A stretch of DNA of 63,694 bases, filler included, from Octopus bimaculoides (taxonomy: Eukaryota), in NCBI RefSeq assembly GCF_001194135.2. It is 4 parts of 4 records of this genome, joined end to end, with 100 filler letters (N's around TTAATTAATTAA, not from the genome) between each part and the next. Parts side by side here need not be neighbours in the genome. Positions count along the whole stretch, not along the records: positions 1 to 18,456 come from NC_068984.1; 3 more parts are not named here. One strand, 5' to 3'. Under the pieces are notes generated by a model. That model was not told the origin of the DNA, searched no databases, and worked only from the letters and a program-made list of their open reading frames with translations. Within the stretch, counting starts at the first letter, position 1; each line of letters opens with the position of its first letter. The position numbers and the translations under genes are program-made. Positions 1-13,345 of the stretch are shown here, piece by piece.

Positions 1-30
1 TATATATACATGTATGTATGGACAGATATA

Positions 31-62
<32 letters not shown>

Positions 63-70
63 ATGGACAG

Positions 71-112
<42 letters not shown>

Positions 113-114
113 CA

Positions 115-470
115 TTAATGTCCCTTTTCCACGCTGGGTTGGGTCAAACAGTCTGACAGGATCTAGCAAGCTACAGGGCTGCATTGAGGACTGGTGTTAG
201 CTTTGACATGATTTCTAGGGCTAGATGCCCTTCTTAATACTGACTACCTTATAGTGTGTACTGGGTGCTGTTTTTTGTGCTACTAGCACCAGTGACATTG
301 CCAAGTAACTTGCAAGACAAGAAGAATAATACCCTGCAACTACTTGGCAGGGAGTATATGAGAGGGGTAGGTGGATTTGTGCAGGGTGTTGAGAGGCTAA
401 AATATGATGGCAGGACAAGCACAGGTGTCTTGCTATAGGGGAGGATACATGGCTACCTATCTATGTAAGG
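115..470 (-). mobile_element. Interspersed repeat (SINE/LINE 3' region) with RTE-type tail, decayed
   Basis: Shares the motifs ...TTTCCACGCTGG..GGGTTGG and GCTAGATGCCCTTCTTAA with the copies at 5420-5640, 13130-13345 and 20085-20210. Confidence 0.55.
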
Positions 471-779
471 GTAGGTGGGAGTAAGTAGCAGGGAAGAAGA
501 TAAAGATGGTAGTAATGAGGTGCCGTCCGAAACATAATCCCTCAGAATTTAAGAGAATACTTCACCTCTGCTAGAGTTGCAAAGTATCAGGGCCTTCAAT
601 GAAGATAGCAGCTGTACATTTTATCCTACTTGTTTGGTCTGGAAGTAAAATCTGTAAAATATGGCCTTTCTCTGTGTTAGAAGAACCTTTTGAATTTAAG
701 CTTCTTCAATTGCTTATCAAGTCAACTCTTGAATGGATTTGGTTGTCTTTAGCTCAACAACTGCCCTTCGTAATTGACC

Positions 780-1142
780 TCTGTTTGTGTAAAACGTTTG
801 CTTCCCAACCACTTGGTTTTAGGTTCAGTCCCATTGTGTGGCACCTTGGATAAACGTCTTCTACTATAGCCCTGGGTTTTCCACAGCCTTGTGAATGGAT
901 TTCGTAGAGTCTGAAAGATGCTTGCTCTGTGTGTGTGTGTGTGTATTTGCCTTGACATCATGTGATAGTTGTAAACAAGTATTGTCATCATGCAAGTGGT
1001 GTCTTCCATGAAAAACAGGTCTGGCCATAGGAAAATATTACCATGGAAACAGGTGAGAGTTGGTGACAGGAAGAGTACCTAACAAATTCTATCTAACCTG
1101 TGCCAGCATGGAAAAGTGGACATAAACATGATGATAATGATT
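780..1142 (+). mobile_element. tRNA-derived SINE (family A head, RTE-like (GAT)n tail)
   Basis: Head GCTTCCCAACCAC...GGTTCAGTCCCATTG..GGCACCTTGG..GTCTTCTACTATAGCC, internal (TG)n, and end GCCAGCATGGAAAAGTGGACATAAACATGATGATAATGA. Confidence 0.7.
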
Positions 1143-1595
1143 TAAATCTATCATAAATAGCAAAACTATAAAAGCCCTTATTTAGGTTTCCTAATAATCT
1201 GGGTGGATTGGGTGACTATGGCCTTTGCTCTCAAAGTAATATGACTGGATTTTTAATTTTATTTTATTTTATAACTGTGGGTCTTCACAATTCAGGATCA
1301 CCCAACTCTCGAGGGATCTAATGTTAGAATTATCAAATTAGTCCCAAAGCTATTGCAAACACAAAAAAACTCATTTCGCTTCCTCTGTAACATTACAAAC
1401 TGCTGTATTTTGATTGAACATTGCTAGCATTCCTCTAAAGCACTCCCTTATGAAAATGCACAATTCTGCTGGGGACAGTAATTTAACTTCACTTAAACCA
1501 AAGCTAAATGTGTCTCAATGAAGTCATTATCATAAAGCTCTGGTTTAAAGTAAGACTAAATTATTGATGTATAATTAATAGCAATTATTTTCATA

Positions 1596-2823
1596 TATTG
1601 GGCCGTCCCATAAATAATGTTTTTTTTTTTTTTCAATTGCATGAACTAGAAGTCAGAGGGGGGTGGGATAAACTAATGCATCAACTTGCTATAAAAGCAT
1701 GTAACTTGTCCTTATTCTTAGTGCAAGTTTTGAAGAGTACAGTTCAATTTTAACAGTTATTTTTTTCAAAGCTCTAATGGAAGTGACAAAGGAGTATATT
1801 CAGCATATTTTGCTTTAAGAGTTCAATAAAGGCAACAATAGAAGTGCAAGGAATATTATTAATGCAGCATATGGGGCTCGGACATCCAGGCTGGAAACTA
1901 CAGCCGAGATGATGAGCCTTGTCTTGGAAGATCTGTAGAGCTTGACAAGGATGTCCTGTGGAACCCTGGTGGAACAAAATCCCATTGTAACTATTGAGGA
2001 ACCTCGCAGAGAAACTTAATCATTCAACCATTCATTGACACCTGCGTAGCATCAGAAAAATTAGCAAATTGGTTCAATAGGTTCCTCACAAACTTTCTGA
2101 GTCTAATCATGTGCAGAGGATAAATGTGTGCTCTTCTTTGCTCTCAAATCTCATGAATGAACCTTTTTTGGACTGCATAACGACTGGTTATGATAAGTGG
2201 GTTCTCTAAAAATGTCAAACGCCAAAGACAGTGGGTAGGGAAAGGAAACCACTGGCACCCCAGGCTAAGGAAGGTCATCACCCAGGTAAGGCATTTGGTG
2301 AGATATGAAAGGTTTAGTTCTCTTTGAACTTCTAAACCCAAACCAAACAATAACAAAGGAGGTCTACTGTGAGCAGCTTGAACAGCTTAAGTCAGCACTA
2401 GAAAAAAAATCGACCATTTTTGGTTTCAAGACAAAAGGTTTTCTTCCACCAGGATAATGCTCGGCCACATACAGCAAGGATGACATTCCAGAGGCTGAAG
2501 CAGTTTGAATGGGAAAGGATGCTCTACCCACCATATTCGCTGGACATTACCCCATCTGATTATCATTTATTCTGCAGTCTTCAAAATCATTTGGACAGAA
2601 AAAATATGAATTCTGTAGATGAGGTCAGAATAGTACTGGAGGAGTATTTTTTGTCACAGACAAGTAAATTTTGGAAGAGGGGCCTTGCAAGTCTACTAGA
2701 TAGATGGAAGAACATTGTAGAAAATGAAAGAAAGCATATTTTAGATAAAAAAAGAGCTTTATCTTAATTTTGAAAAATAAAAAGAAGTATAAAAAACCAC
2801 ATTATTTATGAAATGACTGCATA
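1596..2823 (+). mobile_element. Full-length decayed mariner (DD34D) transposon
   Basis: 5' TIR TA|TTGGGCCGTCCCATAAATAATG at 1596 and 3' TIR CATTATTTATGAAATGACTGCA|TA at about 2800-2823. The broken transposase from ATG 1777 reads MEVTKEYIQHILL*EFNKGN, ..VPHKLSE, ..TGYDKWV, HQDNARPH, YSLDITPSDYHLF. Confidence 0.9.
1777..2767 (+). pseudogene. mariner transposase pseudogene (stops and frameshifts; C-terminal ORF 2420-2767)
   Basis: Catalytic motifs HQDNARPH and YSLDITPSDYHLF are in the ORF track; the upstream portion is interrupted. Confidence 0.88.
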
Positions 2824-3132
2824 GTATTTAAAAAGGAAAAAAACGATGGAACTTACAACCATATGAATATGAGTGTTAGGAAAATAAACTCACACTTTTT
2901 GGTTTATTCATAAATATTTTCTCAAAATCATCACTGACCACAGCCTTTAACTAAACTAATGACAAAACATTCTACAAAAACAGATTTTTTAAAAATTTTC
3001 AAATATCTTTGATTGGCAACACAAAAGTTAAATGAAAGATTCTAACAAGTAAATAGTTATTTTAAACAAAACTATTACAACTTTTGGCAGCTAAGTATTT
3101 CTTTAGAGGATTTTGTGTGTGTGTGTATACAT

Positions 3133-3525
3133 ACTCTTTTATTCTTTTACTTGTTTCAGTCCTTAGTCTGTGGCCATGCTGGGGCAGTGCCTTGAAATGT
3201 TTGGTTGAACAAATCAAGCCTAATACTTATTTCTAAGCCTGGTACTTATTTCATCTGATGCTTTTTGCTGAACCACCGAGCTACAAGGACATCAACAAAC
3301 CAACACTAGTTGTCAAGTGTTGGTGGTGGGGTACAAACATGCATGCACACACACATGCAAACAGATGTATATATATGCTGGGTTTCTTTCAGTTTCCGTC
3401 TACCAAATCCTCTCACAAGGCTTTGCTCAGCCCAGGGCTCTAGTAGAAGATACTTGCCCAAGGTGCCATGCAGTGGGATTGAACCCAGAACTATGTGGTT
3501 GGGAAGCAAACTTCTTACCATCAAG
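3133..3525 (-). mobile_element. tRNA-derived SINE family A, near full length
   Basis: Reverse complement of head, (TA/CA)n linker, and tail ending CAGCATGGCC..GACTGAAACAAGTAAAAGAATAAAAGAG. Confidence 0.85.
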
Positions 3526-4473
3526 GTTATTATTTTAAAGCTAATTTGAGAATTTCAATGGAACCACGCAGGCGTATCTGTGCCTATACTTGACTACATT
3601 TCTCAAAAGAATGAGAACCAGCTGAAAACCTCAGCAGGATTTGAACCCAGAACTTAAAAATACCCAGCTAAATAATACAAGACATTTAATGTCACCTCTG
3701 TTACTCCTGCCACATTCTTGCATGGGGTTATATTAGATACACACATGCCTGCCAGGACTGGGGACCCACAAGTACTCAATTCCCTGTTTTGCTGGTCTCA
3801 CATTCCAATCTTTTAACCTCATAGATCTATGTTGTTGCTGTTTGACCCCAGCTTAACTCCCATCAAGCAGATCTATGATCAGACATGCTAATCATGATCA
3901 TCCCATCTTTATAACTATCATTATCAGGTACGGCATATTGTAGAACTTCATTATGCAATGTTGTTCCACTTTTTAAGATGTTAAGGTGTGATGTGAGGAT
4001 GATTTGGTTGCTATTTTTAGTTTGTTGAGTGGGTATTATCAAGCTTCCTCATTGGTTCAGGTTATTAATATAGGTGCAGACACACATCATTCCTCTCTAA
4101 GAATTCCAGGGAAGAAATTCTATGAACAACCAACACTTAGTCAATATCAGTGCCACTCCTCACACTTAGCTATAGTATATAGATAGAAGCCTTACAGATC
4201 TTTCAGACTTTCTCTGGAATTGCAGTCTGTCATTGTTTCTGCTGGAATCATTCTTTACCAATACCACCAATACAAACTTATTAATTATTAGATATATTTA
4301 AAGATGCATTTCGTAAAACGGAGCATAACACCTACTACTACTACCACCACCACCACCACCACCACCAAGAAGCAATGGTTTCACTTTACCGTTCCATGTT
4401 GCCTTTGGTGAGATGAATTTTCCAAATTTGTGTTTTTTATTTGTTGAAACAATGTTTTCCTGTAATCTTTTGT

Positions 4474-4640
4474 TTTAACTCTTTAGCATTCAAACCTGCA
4501 TTATCTGACCCAAATATTCTACCTGTTTTATATTCAAACCATCCAGATCTGACCTCTCACACCCACCCTACAACATCTTTCAAAAAATAAACAATCACAG
4601 CATTGAAATCACAAAACCATGAGAATTCATGCTTATTTCT
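4474..4640 (+). mobile_element. Possible piggyBac-type MITE left end
   Basis: Starts TTAA|CTCTTTAGCATTCAAACC; no matching right end was found. Confidence 0.3.
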
Positions 4641-5779
4641 GTTTTAATTCATAAATTTATAAATCGTTAAAAGATTTTCATTATGTTAAAGATTTTAATT
4701 TGTCTTTGGTTTCATTCCATATTAAAGGTTGCTTAAGGCATAACTTGAAATTTCTTTGTGTTAAAGATTTCTGTTATTCCTTTAACACTTGAACATGTTA
4801 TGAGACCCGGAACAATTGCATGGATTTTTATAATAATGACTTGTTTTGCTGGCTGCAAGACCCCAATAATGATAATAATAATGTTTGATGCTAACACATT
4901 TTAATGAAAAGGAAATTAATAGTCTTGACTTTAGCCTCACCCAGTTTTACCGTTACTGTACAATCTTGATTAAATAATGATTCCTTTCAGAGAGAGAGAG
5001 AGAGAGAGAGAGAGTGTGAGTGAGTGTTTTACTCACTTAATGAAATAATGCACTGCTTTGTTTAGTTTGTTCCTAGGATGCATTAGCACAATTGATTTTA
5101 AGCTTTTTATGTTGATATTAAATATTTCCACAGATCTCCCTATACTCACACATACACACATGCATAATACTTTACATACTCACTCACACACATACATCTT
5201 AATGATTTTACAAATCTTTTGGGTGGGATTTATTTATAATGTGTGTGTGTGTGTGTGTATCCCTTTATAGTGTAAGCAAATATATTTTATATTTGGTTTT
5301 TGTATATTTGTGTACCTAGTTTGCTCTGGTAGAATGTTTCCTAATGCATCTACAGTAAAGCAAGAATAGCAACTCACTGACATTTAACTATTGTGTAATT
5401 TGGAGTTCTCATAATATATCCACTTTTCCATGCATGCATGGGTTAGAGGGAATTTCTTGAGGCAGATTTTTCTCTGGTCAGATGCCCTTTCTGTCATCAA
5501 CTCTTACCTGTTTCCAAGCAAGGTAGAAAACACTTCTAGACTCATGGGGGCCTGAAGCATTTTTCACTAAGACTTGAAACAAACAACATTGCTTCTTTAT
5601 TGGTGATGCTTGTTAACATCCATTATATGGTGTCATGGCAAGAGTACACAGCAGACACTCACATACATATATATACATATCTCTATATATAGATACATAC
5701 ATAAAACAACATGTGTGCTTAGCATTAATCCTGAACACCTGTTTCTGTGTAGGTTGTGATCTACTCAAACTTGTCTGTG

Positions 5780-5935
5780 TGTATAGATACACACATACAC
5801 TTTTTTTTCAGTTTCTGTCTACTAAATCCACTCTGAAGACTTTGGTCAGCCTAGGGCTATAGGAAAAGACATTTGCACAAGGTGCCTGATGGTTGTAGAG
5901 CCAGTTTCTTAACTACACAGCCATGCCTGTACCTA
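5780..5935 (-). mobile_element. SINE family A head
   Basis: TTTCAGTTTCTGTCTACTAAATCCACT...CTTAACTACACAGCCATGCCTG. Confidence 0.75.
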
Positions 5936-6654
5936 AACTTAAAGACAGACTCAAGACTAGGTTACTATGGCCACAAGATGGGGGTCTTAACCACAAAACA
6001 ATCACAGCTAAAGTTGTCCTTCTATTGAAAGTGTCTTCTTTTAAAACCACGTGTTGGAACTAAAACAGCTCCAGCATGGTAGAGTCTTGATGGTAATTGA
6101 AGAATGAATAAATACCTATGTTACACTCGCACACTGTTATATTCACTTTCGTTAGATTTTATAATGGTATTTATTTTGATATTCTGCCACTTTTCTCAAA
6201 TTTCTATTGAATGCAAGAAAATATTTGTTGTAAAGATAGTTTGCCAACATAACATGGCGGTCCAGGTTTAGGACAAATGTTGCTGTAATTTAACCCCAGG
6301 AGACATCGTCTCCAGCTGGTTATATGACATGATCTTTGTCCTTATATTTTCAAACAAGGGAATCTAGCACCCCCACTCAGCTCAAAGCAATATCTGTGTA
6401 TTGTGATTTCTGGGTTATTTCCCTTCATCAGCATAGAATAATTGCTCAGCTAGAAGTGGCGCTGCCAAATTCCCGTTTGAAATATATAATTTTCAAAGTG
6501 ACAACTAATCACTGATTTATAAATTAGAAAATTACTACTTTTTTTTTTATTCTCACAATATGAGATTAAAAATTAGTGATTTTCGAAGAAAATATTTATT
6601 TCGTATTCTTTCATTATTTTATTATATAAAGTCAGAAAGAATCTGGCTGAATTG

Positions 6655-6825
6655 TTAGTGTCAGAAAAGATTTCATTCATCTTTATGTTCTGAGTTCAAA
6701 TTCCACTTAGGTTGATTTTGCCTTTCATCCTTTTGGGGTCACTGAAATAAGTATCAGTTGAGCACTGGTGTTAATTGACCAAACCCCACCCCCAAAGTCT
6801 TATGCCTATAGTAAAGATGATTTTA
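6655..6825 (+). mobile_element. SINE family B fragment
   Basis: GTTCTGAGTTCAAATTCC..GGTTGATTTTGCCTTTCATCCTTTTGGGGTC core. Confidence 0.7.
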
Positions 6826-6894
6826 GTCTATTTTATTTCTATTTTTTTAAACTAATAATCAAAACCTTTTTTTTGTCTTTGTTAAAAAAAAAGG

Positions 6895-7527
6895 TACAGG
6901 CATGGCTGTGTAGTTAAGAAGTTTGCTTTACAACCATGTGGTTTAGGGTTCAGTCACACTGTGCAGTAGCTTGTCTTCTGTTATAGTCCTAGGTCAGCCA
7001 ATGTCTTGTGAGTGAATTTGGTTGGCAGAAACTGTGTGGAAGCCCATCGTGTGTGTGTGTGTGTGTGTAATATACACACACACACATATATTCTTTTAGT
7101 CTTTTACTTGTTTCAGTCATTTCGCCTTTAGTTGAACAAAAATCGATCCCAGTACTTATTCTATCGGTCTTTTTTGCCAAACTGCTAAGTTATGGGGACG
7201 TAAATGCACCAACATTGGTTGTCAAGCGATGGTTGAGGCACACACTATTGAATTATAAAACAGTGTGATTTAATGGATGCAAATTAATCAATTAATTAAT
7301 CGACATATTCACCTACAATTTTGATTAATTAATAAATTAATTTGTATCCATTAAATCTCTCTGTTTTCTAACTCGATAATAATGTTTGATATTTTACGAT
7401 ATTTTATATAATATATTCCTTGAAGAAATATCCCTTCAAAATATAACATATTAAATGAGTGCATCTTGGATAAATATCCCTACAAGAGGTTTCAATATCC
7501 TCATCGTGACTATATATCATCATCATC

Positions 7528-7591
<64 letters not shown>

Positions 7592-8060
7592 CAAGAAAGA
7601 GAACAAATTTCAAAGGTCAGTGTTCATATCCACTCAATATATTTCAAAGCATTGGAATACTTCACATATATATATATATATATATTTGACAGGCTTCTTT
7701 CAGTTTCCATCTACCGAATCCACTCGCAAGGCTTTGGTCAGCCCGAGTCTATAGTAGAAGATACTTGTCCAAGGTGCCACACAATGGGACTGAACCCAGA
7801 ACCCTGGGGTTGGGAAGCGAGCTCCTTGCCACGCAGCCATGCCTGTGCCTTCTATTTACATGGGTTTTTATGCCTAAGTTTGGCACCTCCCCCCACTGCT
7901 TGATTACTTGTATTGGTTTGTTTACACCCCTGTAACTTAGAGGTTTCACTATACCAGTCTAAAAAAAAACCCAAAAACATGTACTAAGTTGATTTGTTTG
8001 ATTAACACCTTTTGAGGTGGTGCTGGAGCACCACATTGAAAGTTTGCAGTCAAACAAATG
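6895..8060 (+). mobile_element. Nested SINE family A: a plus copy (head 6895-7060, tail about 7870-8060) interrupted by a minus copy (tail 7085-7240, head 7685-7850)
   Basis: Segment order is head(+), tail(-), insert, head(-), tail(+), and the junctions fall in (TG)/(TA)/(CA) linkers. Confidence 0.65.
7246..7381. repeat. Imperfect inverted repeat with arms of about 56-59 nt
   Basis: AAAACAGTGTGATTTAATGGATGCAAATTAATCAATTAATTAATC pairs with GATTAATTAATAAATTAATTTGTATCCATTAAATCTCTCTGTTTT; spacer about 21 nt. Confidence 0.85.
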
Positions 8061-8402
8061 TCTTATATGGGGAGCTGGCACGTAGCATAGGGGAACGGAT
8101 AGGTGAACACTGGCGGGAGCTCAAAGAGGAGAAAAGCTTGTCAATGCTCTACCAACATACTCTATTAGAACATAGAGGCTCAGTTAATAACTAGATGTGA
8201 AGGTATTATCAACGCATAGAACAGACACAAATCTTAGATTACAGAGGACACACACCATAGTAACAGACAGAGCAAGTCTCTAAAGAAAACACGAATGGGA
8301 CGACGATAACACCCCCATCACCACCACACTATGTAACATGATGACTAAAAACCGAATGAGAGGAAAAACAAGACAGATACAAGCAGTATAATACAAAAAC
8401 CC

Positions 8403-8433
<31 letters not shown>

Positions 8434-8823
8434 AAAGATATATCTAAGACAAAATGGGGAGTGGGGATAGAGATAAGTAAATAAATGAAAAAAATAAAGG
8501 GCACAGATACAAACAGTATAGTAAGGAAACTTATATAGACACAAAAGACAAAATACAGACGTGTGCACACAAAGATGCGAAAGCGAGCATAAATAAGGAT
8601 ACACACCATCGAAAGACAGAATGGACTGAACGGAACAAGAGGAGATATGTGGGATAGTGAATCACGGAAGGGGTCACAGGATGTGTAATGAAAGATTTGT
8701 CGATAAAGTACATAAAATAATAATAATAAAAAAAAATCTGAAGTGAAGAACGAATATATACGAGTGCGGGTGTTTATTTGGTAAGAAAAATAAAATCAGT
8801 GACGATACGGAAATATAACAAAA

Positions 8824-8868
<45 letters not shown>

Positions 8869-8878
8869 NNNNNNNNNN

Positions 8879-8911
<33 letters not shown>

Positions 8912-9439
8912 TATGTTTTTGACTGTGTGTGTAAGTGATTTGTTGGTGTACGTGCAACTCTATACACAAGCATTTCATACATATTATATTTGTGTTTCAG
9001 TAACTTGTGTATTTCTTCTTTTGAATAGTTTTTGTGTGTGATTTTATAGAATTAGCTTTTTAAATTGTTTTCTGTAAAGCTAGTTGGTTGGGTAACATCT
9101 ATAGACTCAGTTGGTCATGCTTTGGAATCCTATAGGAAAGTTTGATAATGATTATTTCTGATAGGAGTTTATGGAGGAGGCACTTAAAGACTCCACTGCC
9201 TCATTTCAGGAATCGTGGGTCACAAAAATGGATAGACTGATGGTTTACATAGTTCTCTTTGTCTTTATTTTTTTTAAACTGTCAGCCTTAGCTTCACTTT
9301 TCTTGATTTCAATACTCATTTAAAAAGAAAAGACCTCTTCCCAAAACAAGGCTTTTTTTTTTTCTGAAGTCCAGTACAGGAGATATCAACAGAAAAATGC
9401 TGAAAAATATTGGTAACTGCAAAGATGTAATGTGGAATA

Positions 9440-10545
9440 TAAGAATAATAATAATGATGATGATAATAATCCCTTGTAGTATGGGCAGAAGGCCTGAAAT
9501 TTTGGGACAAGTTGCTCATTGATTAAATCAACCCCAGTGCATAACTGGTGCAAGTTTGCCTTGCATCCTTTCAACCCTGAAAGAACAAAAGGCAAAATTG
9601 CCCTTGGTGGAATTTGAACTCAGAATGTAAAGACAGGAAACGCTGCTAAGCATTTTGTCTAGTGTGCTAACCACTCTGCCATCTTATAATAATAATCCTT
9701 TCTACTAAAGGCGCAAGGCCTGAAATTTGGAGGAGAGGACTAGTCAATTAAAGTGACCCCAGTATTTCACTGATACTTAATTTATTGACCCCCAAAAGGA
9801 TGAAAAGCAAAGTTGACCGTGACAAAATTTGAACTCAGAATGTAAAGACAAGCGAGATACTGCTAAGCATTTTGTTCAGCTTGCTAATGATTCTGCCATC
9901 TCGCAGAAGGACAATTAATTGCAAAATATTTGGTGATGGTGACATTTGATGAAATTTTGGTGTGTATAAACAGTGGTATGCAGTGGAGGCTGCTTATTGT
10001 GGTCATTTTGCAAAGATAATTTCTTGATAACAATAACCAGATAACATTAAACAGTGGATATAACAATACCTCTGATATTAATTAAGATGATCATTTTGGT
10101 AACATTATCCAAAGCTATGAAAAGCAGTTTCTACTCTGTGTGTGTGTGTGTGTGTAAATACAAATTGAAAACAATATAGTTATATACGGTGATGATGATT
10201 ATACACATGCTTACATCTNNNNNNNNNNATACATAATACAGCAATCTATACACATGAAATACATTGCATTTGCACACGTTTGGAATATATCAAAAAAATA
10301 ATGAAATTATACATCATGATAATTAACCTTTCTACTATAAAGCACAAGGCTTGAAGTTTTGAGAATGGGGACTACTCAGTTACATCAGCCCCAGTGCAGA
10401 ACTGGTATTTATTTCATTGACCCCTGAAAGGATAAAAGGCAAAGTTGACCTCAGCAGAATTTGAACTCATAACAAAGAGAGCCAAAAGAAATACTTCCAG
10501 GCATTTTGTCTGACATGCTAACAATTCTGCTAGCTTGCCATTTTG
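9440..10545 (-). mobile_element. Cluster of three SINE family B copies (about 9440-9690, 9690-9905, 10320-10545)
   Basis: Each copy has (AAT)nCCTTTCTACT..AGGCCTGAAATT and GAAAAGCAAAGTTGACC..GAATTTGAACTCAGAA. Confidence 0.8.
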
Positions 10546-10876
10546 ATGATTAGGATGATGATGATGATGATAATAGATTGAATAAAATGATAAAAATATT
10601 AAGCAAATAAGTATTTAAAGTAAATATTTTACCAGTAAAATTTTCTCTTCTCAACAAATACCATCATTCTTTCATCTGTGGTGCTGTATGGCAGATTCTA
10701 GGTTTTTCTGTTGGTAGTAGTTGTGATTCTGGTATCGTATGTCTTACATATTTATTCACAGACATGTCCCTCTTTCTTTTTCTCTTTCCCTCTCTCTCAC
10801 ACACACACAAGCTACATGCTTCTCAACTTTCTGTATATTGTGTTCTGTGTCTTCTCTCTCTCTCTCTCTCTCTTAC

Positions 10877-10951
10877 TTCCTTTGGTGCCATTTGGTGTCT
10901 GTCTCAAATCGTCTTCCGTGCTTTGATATTCAATTTCTTCAGTCGCACCAG
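10877..10951 (-). CDS. Candidate 75-nt symmetric phase-1 coding exon, (A)GATEEIEYQSTEDDLRQTPNGTKG
   Basis: Minus-strand acceptor ttttttattattatatactcag|CT and donor GGAA|gtaaga. Length is divisible by 3 and only one frame is open. No homology recognised. Confidence 0.45.
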
Positions 10952-11206
10952 CTGAGTATAATAATAAAAAAAATCCCAGTCCCACTCCCTCTCCCCTTTT
11001 TTTCTCCACTCAGATGCACACTTAACTCTGTGTGTGTGTGTGTTTGTGAGAGAGATTTTATATATAATCTCTTACATGTGTTCATAAACAGTAACATAAA
11101 CCAATACTTCATTCTCTGTGTGTGTGTGTCTCTCTCTCCTCATCTATCTGTATATGTGTGTGTTTGTGTATATATATGTATTTATATGTATGTGTGTGTG
11201 TGTGTG

Positions 11207-11237
<31 letters not shown>

Positions 11238-11318
11238 NNNNNNNNNNNNNNNNNNNNNNNNNNNNNNNNNNNNNNNNNNNNNNNNNNNNNNNNNNNNNNN
11301 NNNNNNNNNNNNNNNNNN

Positions 11319-11370
<52 letters not shown>

Positions 11371-11384
11371 AATATATATATGTG

Positions 11385-11752
11385 AATGCCTGTGATTATG
11401 TGGTAAGAAACTTGCTTCCCAGCCATGTGGTTCCAGGTTCAGTCCTCTTGTGTGGCACCTGAGGCAAGTGTCTTCTACTATAGCCTTGAGCTGACCAAAG
11501 CTTTGTCAGTGGATATGGTAAATGGAAACTAAAAGAAGCCTGTCATTTGTCTCCCACCACCACCACTGCTCGACAACTGGTGTTGGTGTGTTTGCATCCC
11601 AGTAACTTAGCAGTTCAGCAAAAGAGGCTGATAGATTAAGTACCAGACTTTAAAAAATGGTAAGATGTACTGGGGTTGATTTATTCGGTTAAAATTCTTC
11701 AAATCAGTGCTCCAGCATGGCTGCAGTCTAATGACTGAAACAGTATATAAAC
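11385..11752 (+). mobile_element. tRNA-derived SINE family A, full length
   Basis: GTGGTAAGAAACTTGCTTCCCAGCCATGTGGTTCCAGGTTCAGTCC...GCTCCAGCATGGCTGCAGTCTAATGACTGAAAC. Confidence 0.9.
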
Positions 11753-12804
11753 GACTCGCACACAAATTGAAAACTAGCCAAAGCCCTTCTACACCGAATT
11801 TAGTTCTGATACTATTCTTGTTGTTTGTCTCATTGTTGGTTTTGATTGAAAAACCTGACACATTACACATTACTCACATAACAGAAGCCATATTGTGTGA
11901 GTTTAGTCAACTCCATCTTTACTATCAATCTGTTTCCTCTCTGCCCAGCCATACTTTACTCTTTTGACACACCAAAATCTTTCTTTCCATTGTCTTTTAC
12001 TTTCCTAAGAATCCAACTACTTGCAAAGGTCCTTATTTTACTCCAAAGACACTCATTGGAATGATAGAAAACAAGACACACAAGAATTTGTTTATTTTTT
12101 GCCCTCTCAACATTCTGACATCATAATCCTTTTTTTGCTATTCTTTCCTCAGTAATCAAAACAAAGTAGTGTTGGATTGGATCAACTTTACACATCACCA
12201 CCACCACCACCACCTTAGAATTTTTCATGGTTTTGTGCCAATCTGAGGAATTATTATTACTCCAGGCTTTAGAATATCTGGAGAAATGAGCTCTTGTGAT
12301 TTTAGGTTTGCATAAATTATCTCCCTTTGACATAATATTTCACACCAGATTTGATAATTAAAAAAGTAATAAGAATCAAATAAAAGTTGTCGTTTAATTG
12401 CTATTTAGTGGTGTTTGTGCAATTTTAAGTAATTGTACTGTGTTTCATGATTGAAACTACCAATTTACACTTAAGCTGATTGTTGCAATAATCCTTTTAA
12501 TTGGTTATTGCAAAACTTAGAAGAAAACTAACAAGAAATAATATAATATATTGAACTTATTGTATACAGTGATTCCAAACTATTTCGTTTGTGTGTGTTC
12601 TCCAGAAGTGAAAATACTTGAGTTCTTAGATTCCATGTTCGAATCCACTCTGCCAGTGTTTTGCTGTATTTTGGACAGTTGTGTATATTTCCTCTAGCAG
12701 AGTTATCAAGAACAGCGTTTTAGAATTTCTACAAATATTATGGGATAAAAAATAATCATTTTATGCACGTTTGATTTTAGATTTCGTGTGCAATAAGTGC
12801 AATC

Positions 12805-12955
12805 GTGAGTGTGTAGTTGATAAGCTTGCTCCCCATCTACTTGGTCTTCAGTTCAGTCTTACTGCATGGCATCTTTGGGCAAGTGTCTTCTACTATAGTC
12901 CAGGTTGACCAAAGCCTTGTGAGTGGATTTGATAGATAGAAACTGAAAGAAGCCC

Positions 12956-13000
<45 letters not shown>

Positions 13001-13345
13001 GCTTTTCTTACATATATATGTGACAGAGAGAGAGTCCAACTCATGCCTGCATGGAAAAAAAAGGACAATAAATGATCATTTCAAACATACACACAGACAC
13101 ACACACACACGTTTGTTTGTATGTACTTTTATCTTGATGTCACATCATGGTTGCAGACAAGCATCAACATCATCATCATCATACAAACAAGGTTGTTCAT
13201 TTCCAGTTTTCTGTGGCAAACCTGTCTGGCCTTGCGGAAATATTACTTGGCAACAGAAAGAGTATCTGGCCATTGAAAGAACCTGCCTGAACGTATCCCT
13301 TCTGATTCCCGTAAGCATGGTAAAATGGATGTTAAATGATAATGA
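12805..13345 (+). mobile_element. SINE family A head plus RTE-tail subfamily, with microsatellite expansion
   Basis: Head 12805-12960, then (TA)n, then tail ending GCATGGTAAAATGGATGTTAAATGATAATGATG. Confidence 0.7.

Noticed and set aside
565-650. Minus-strand exon-like segment ILLPDQTSRIKCTAAIFIEGPDTLQL*
   Set aside because: It has a good acceptor but an in-frame stop, a weak donor and no recognisable homology, so support is insufficient.
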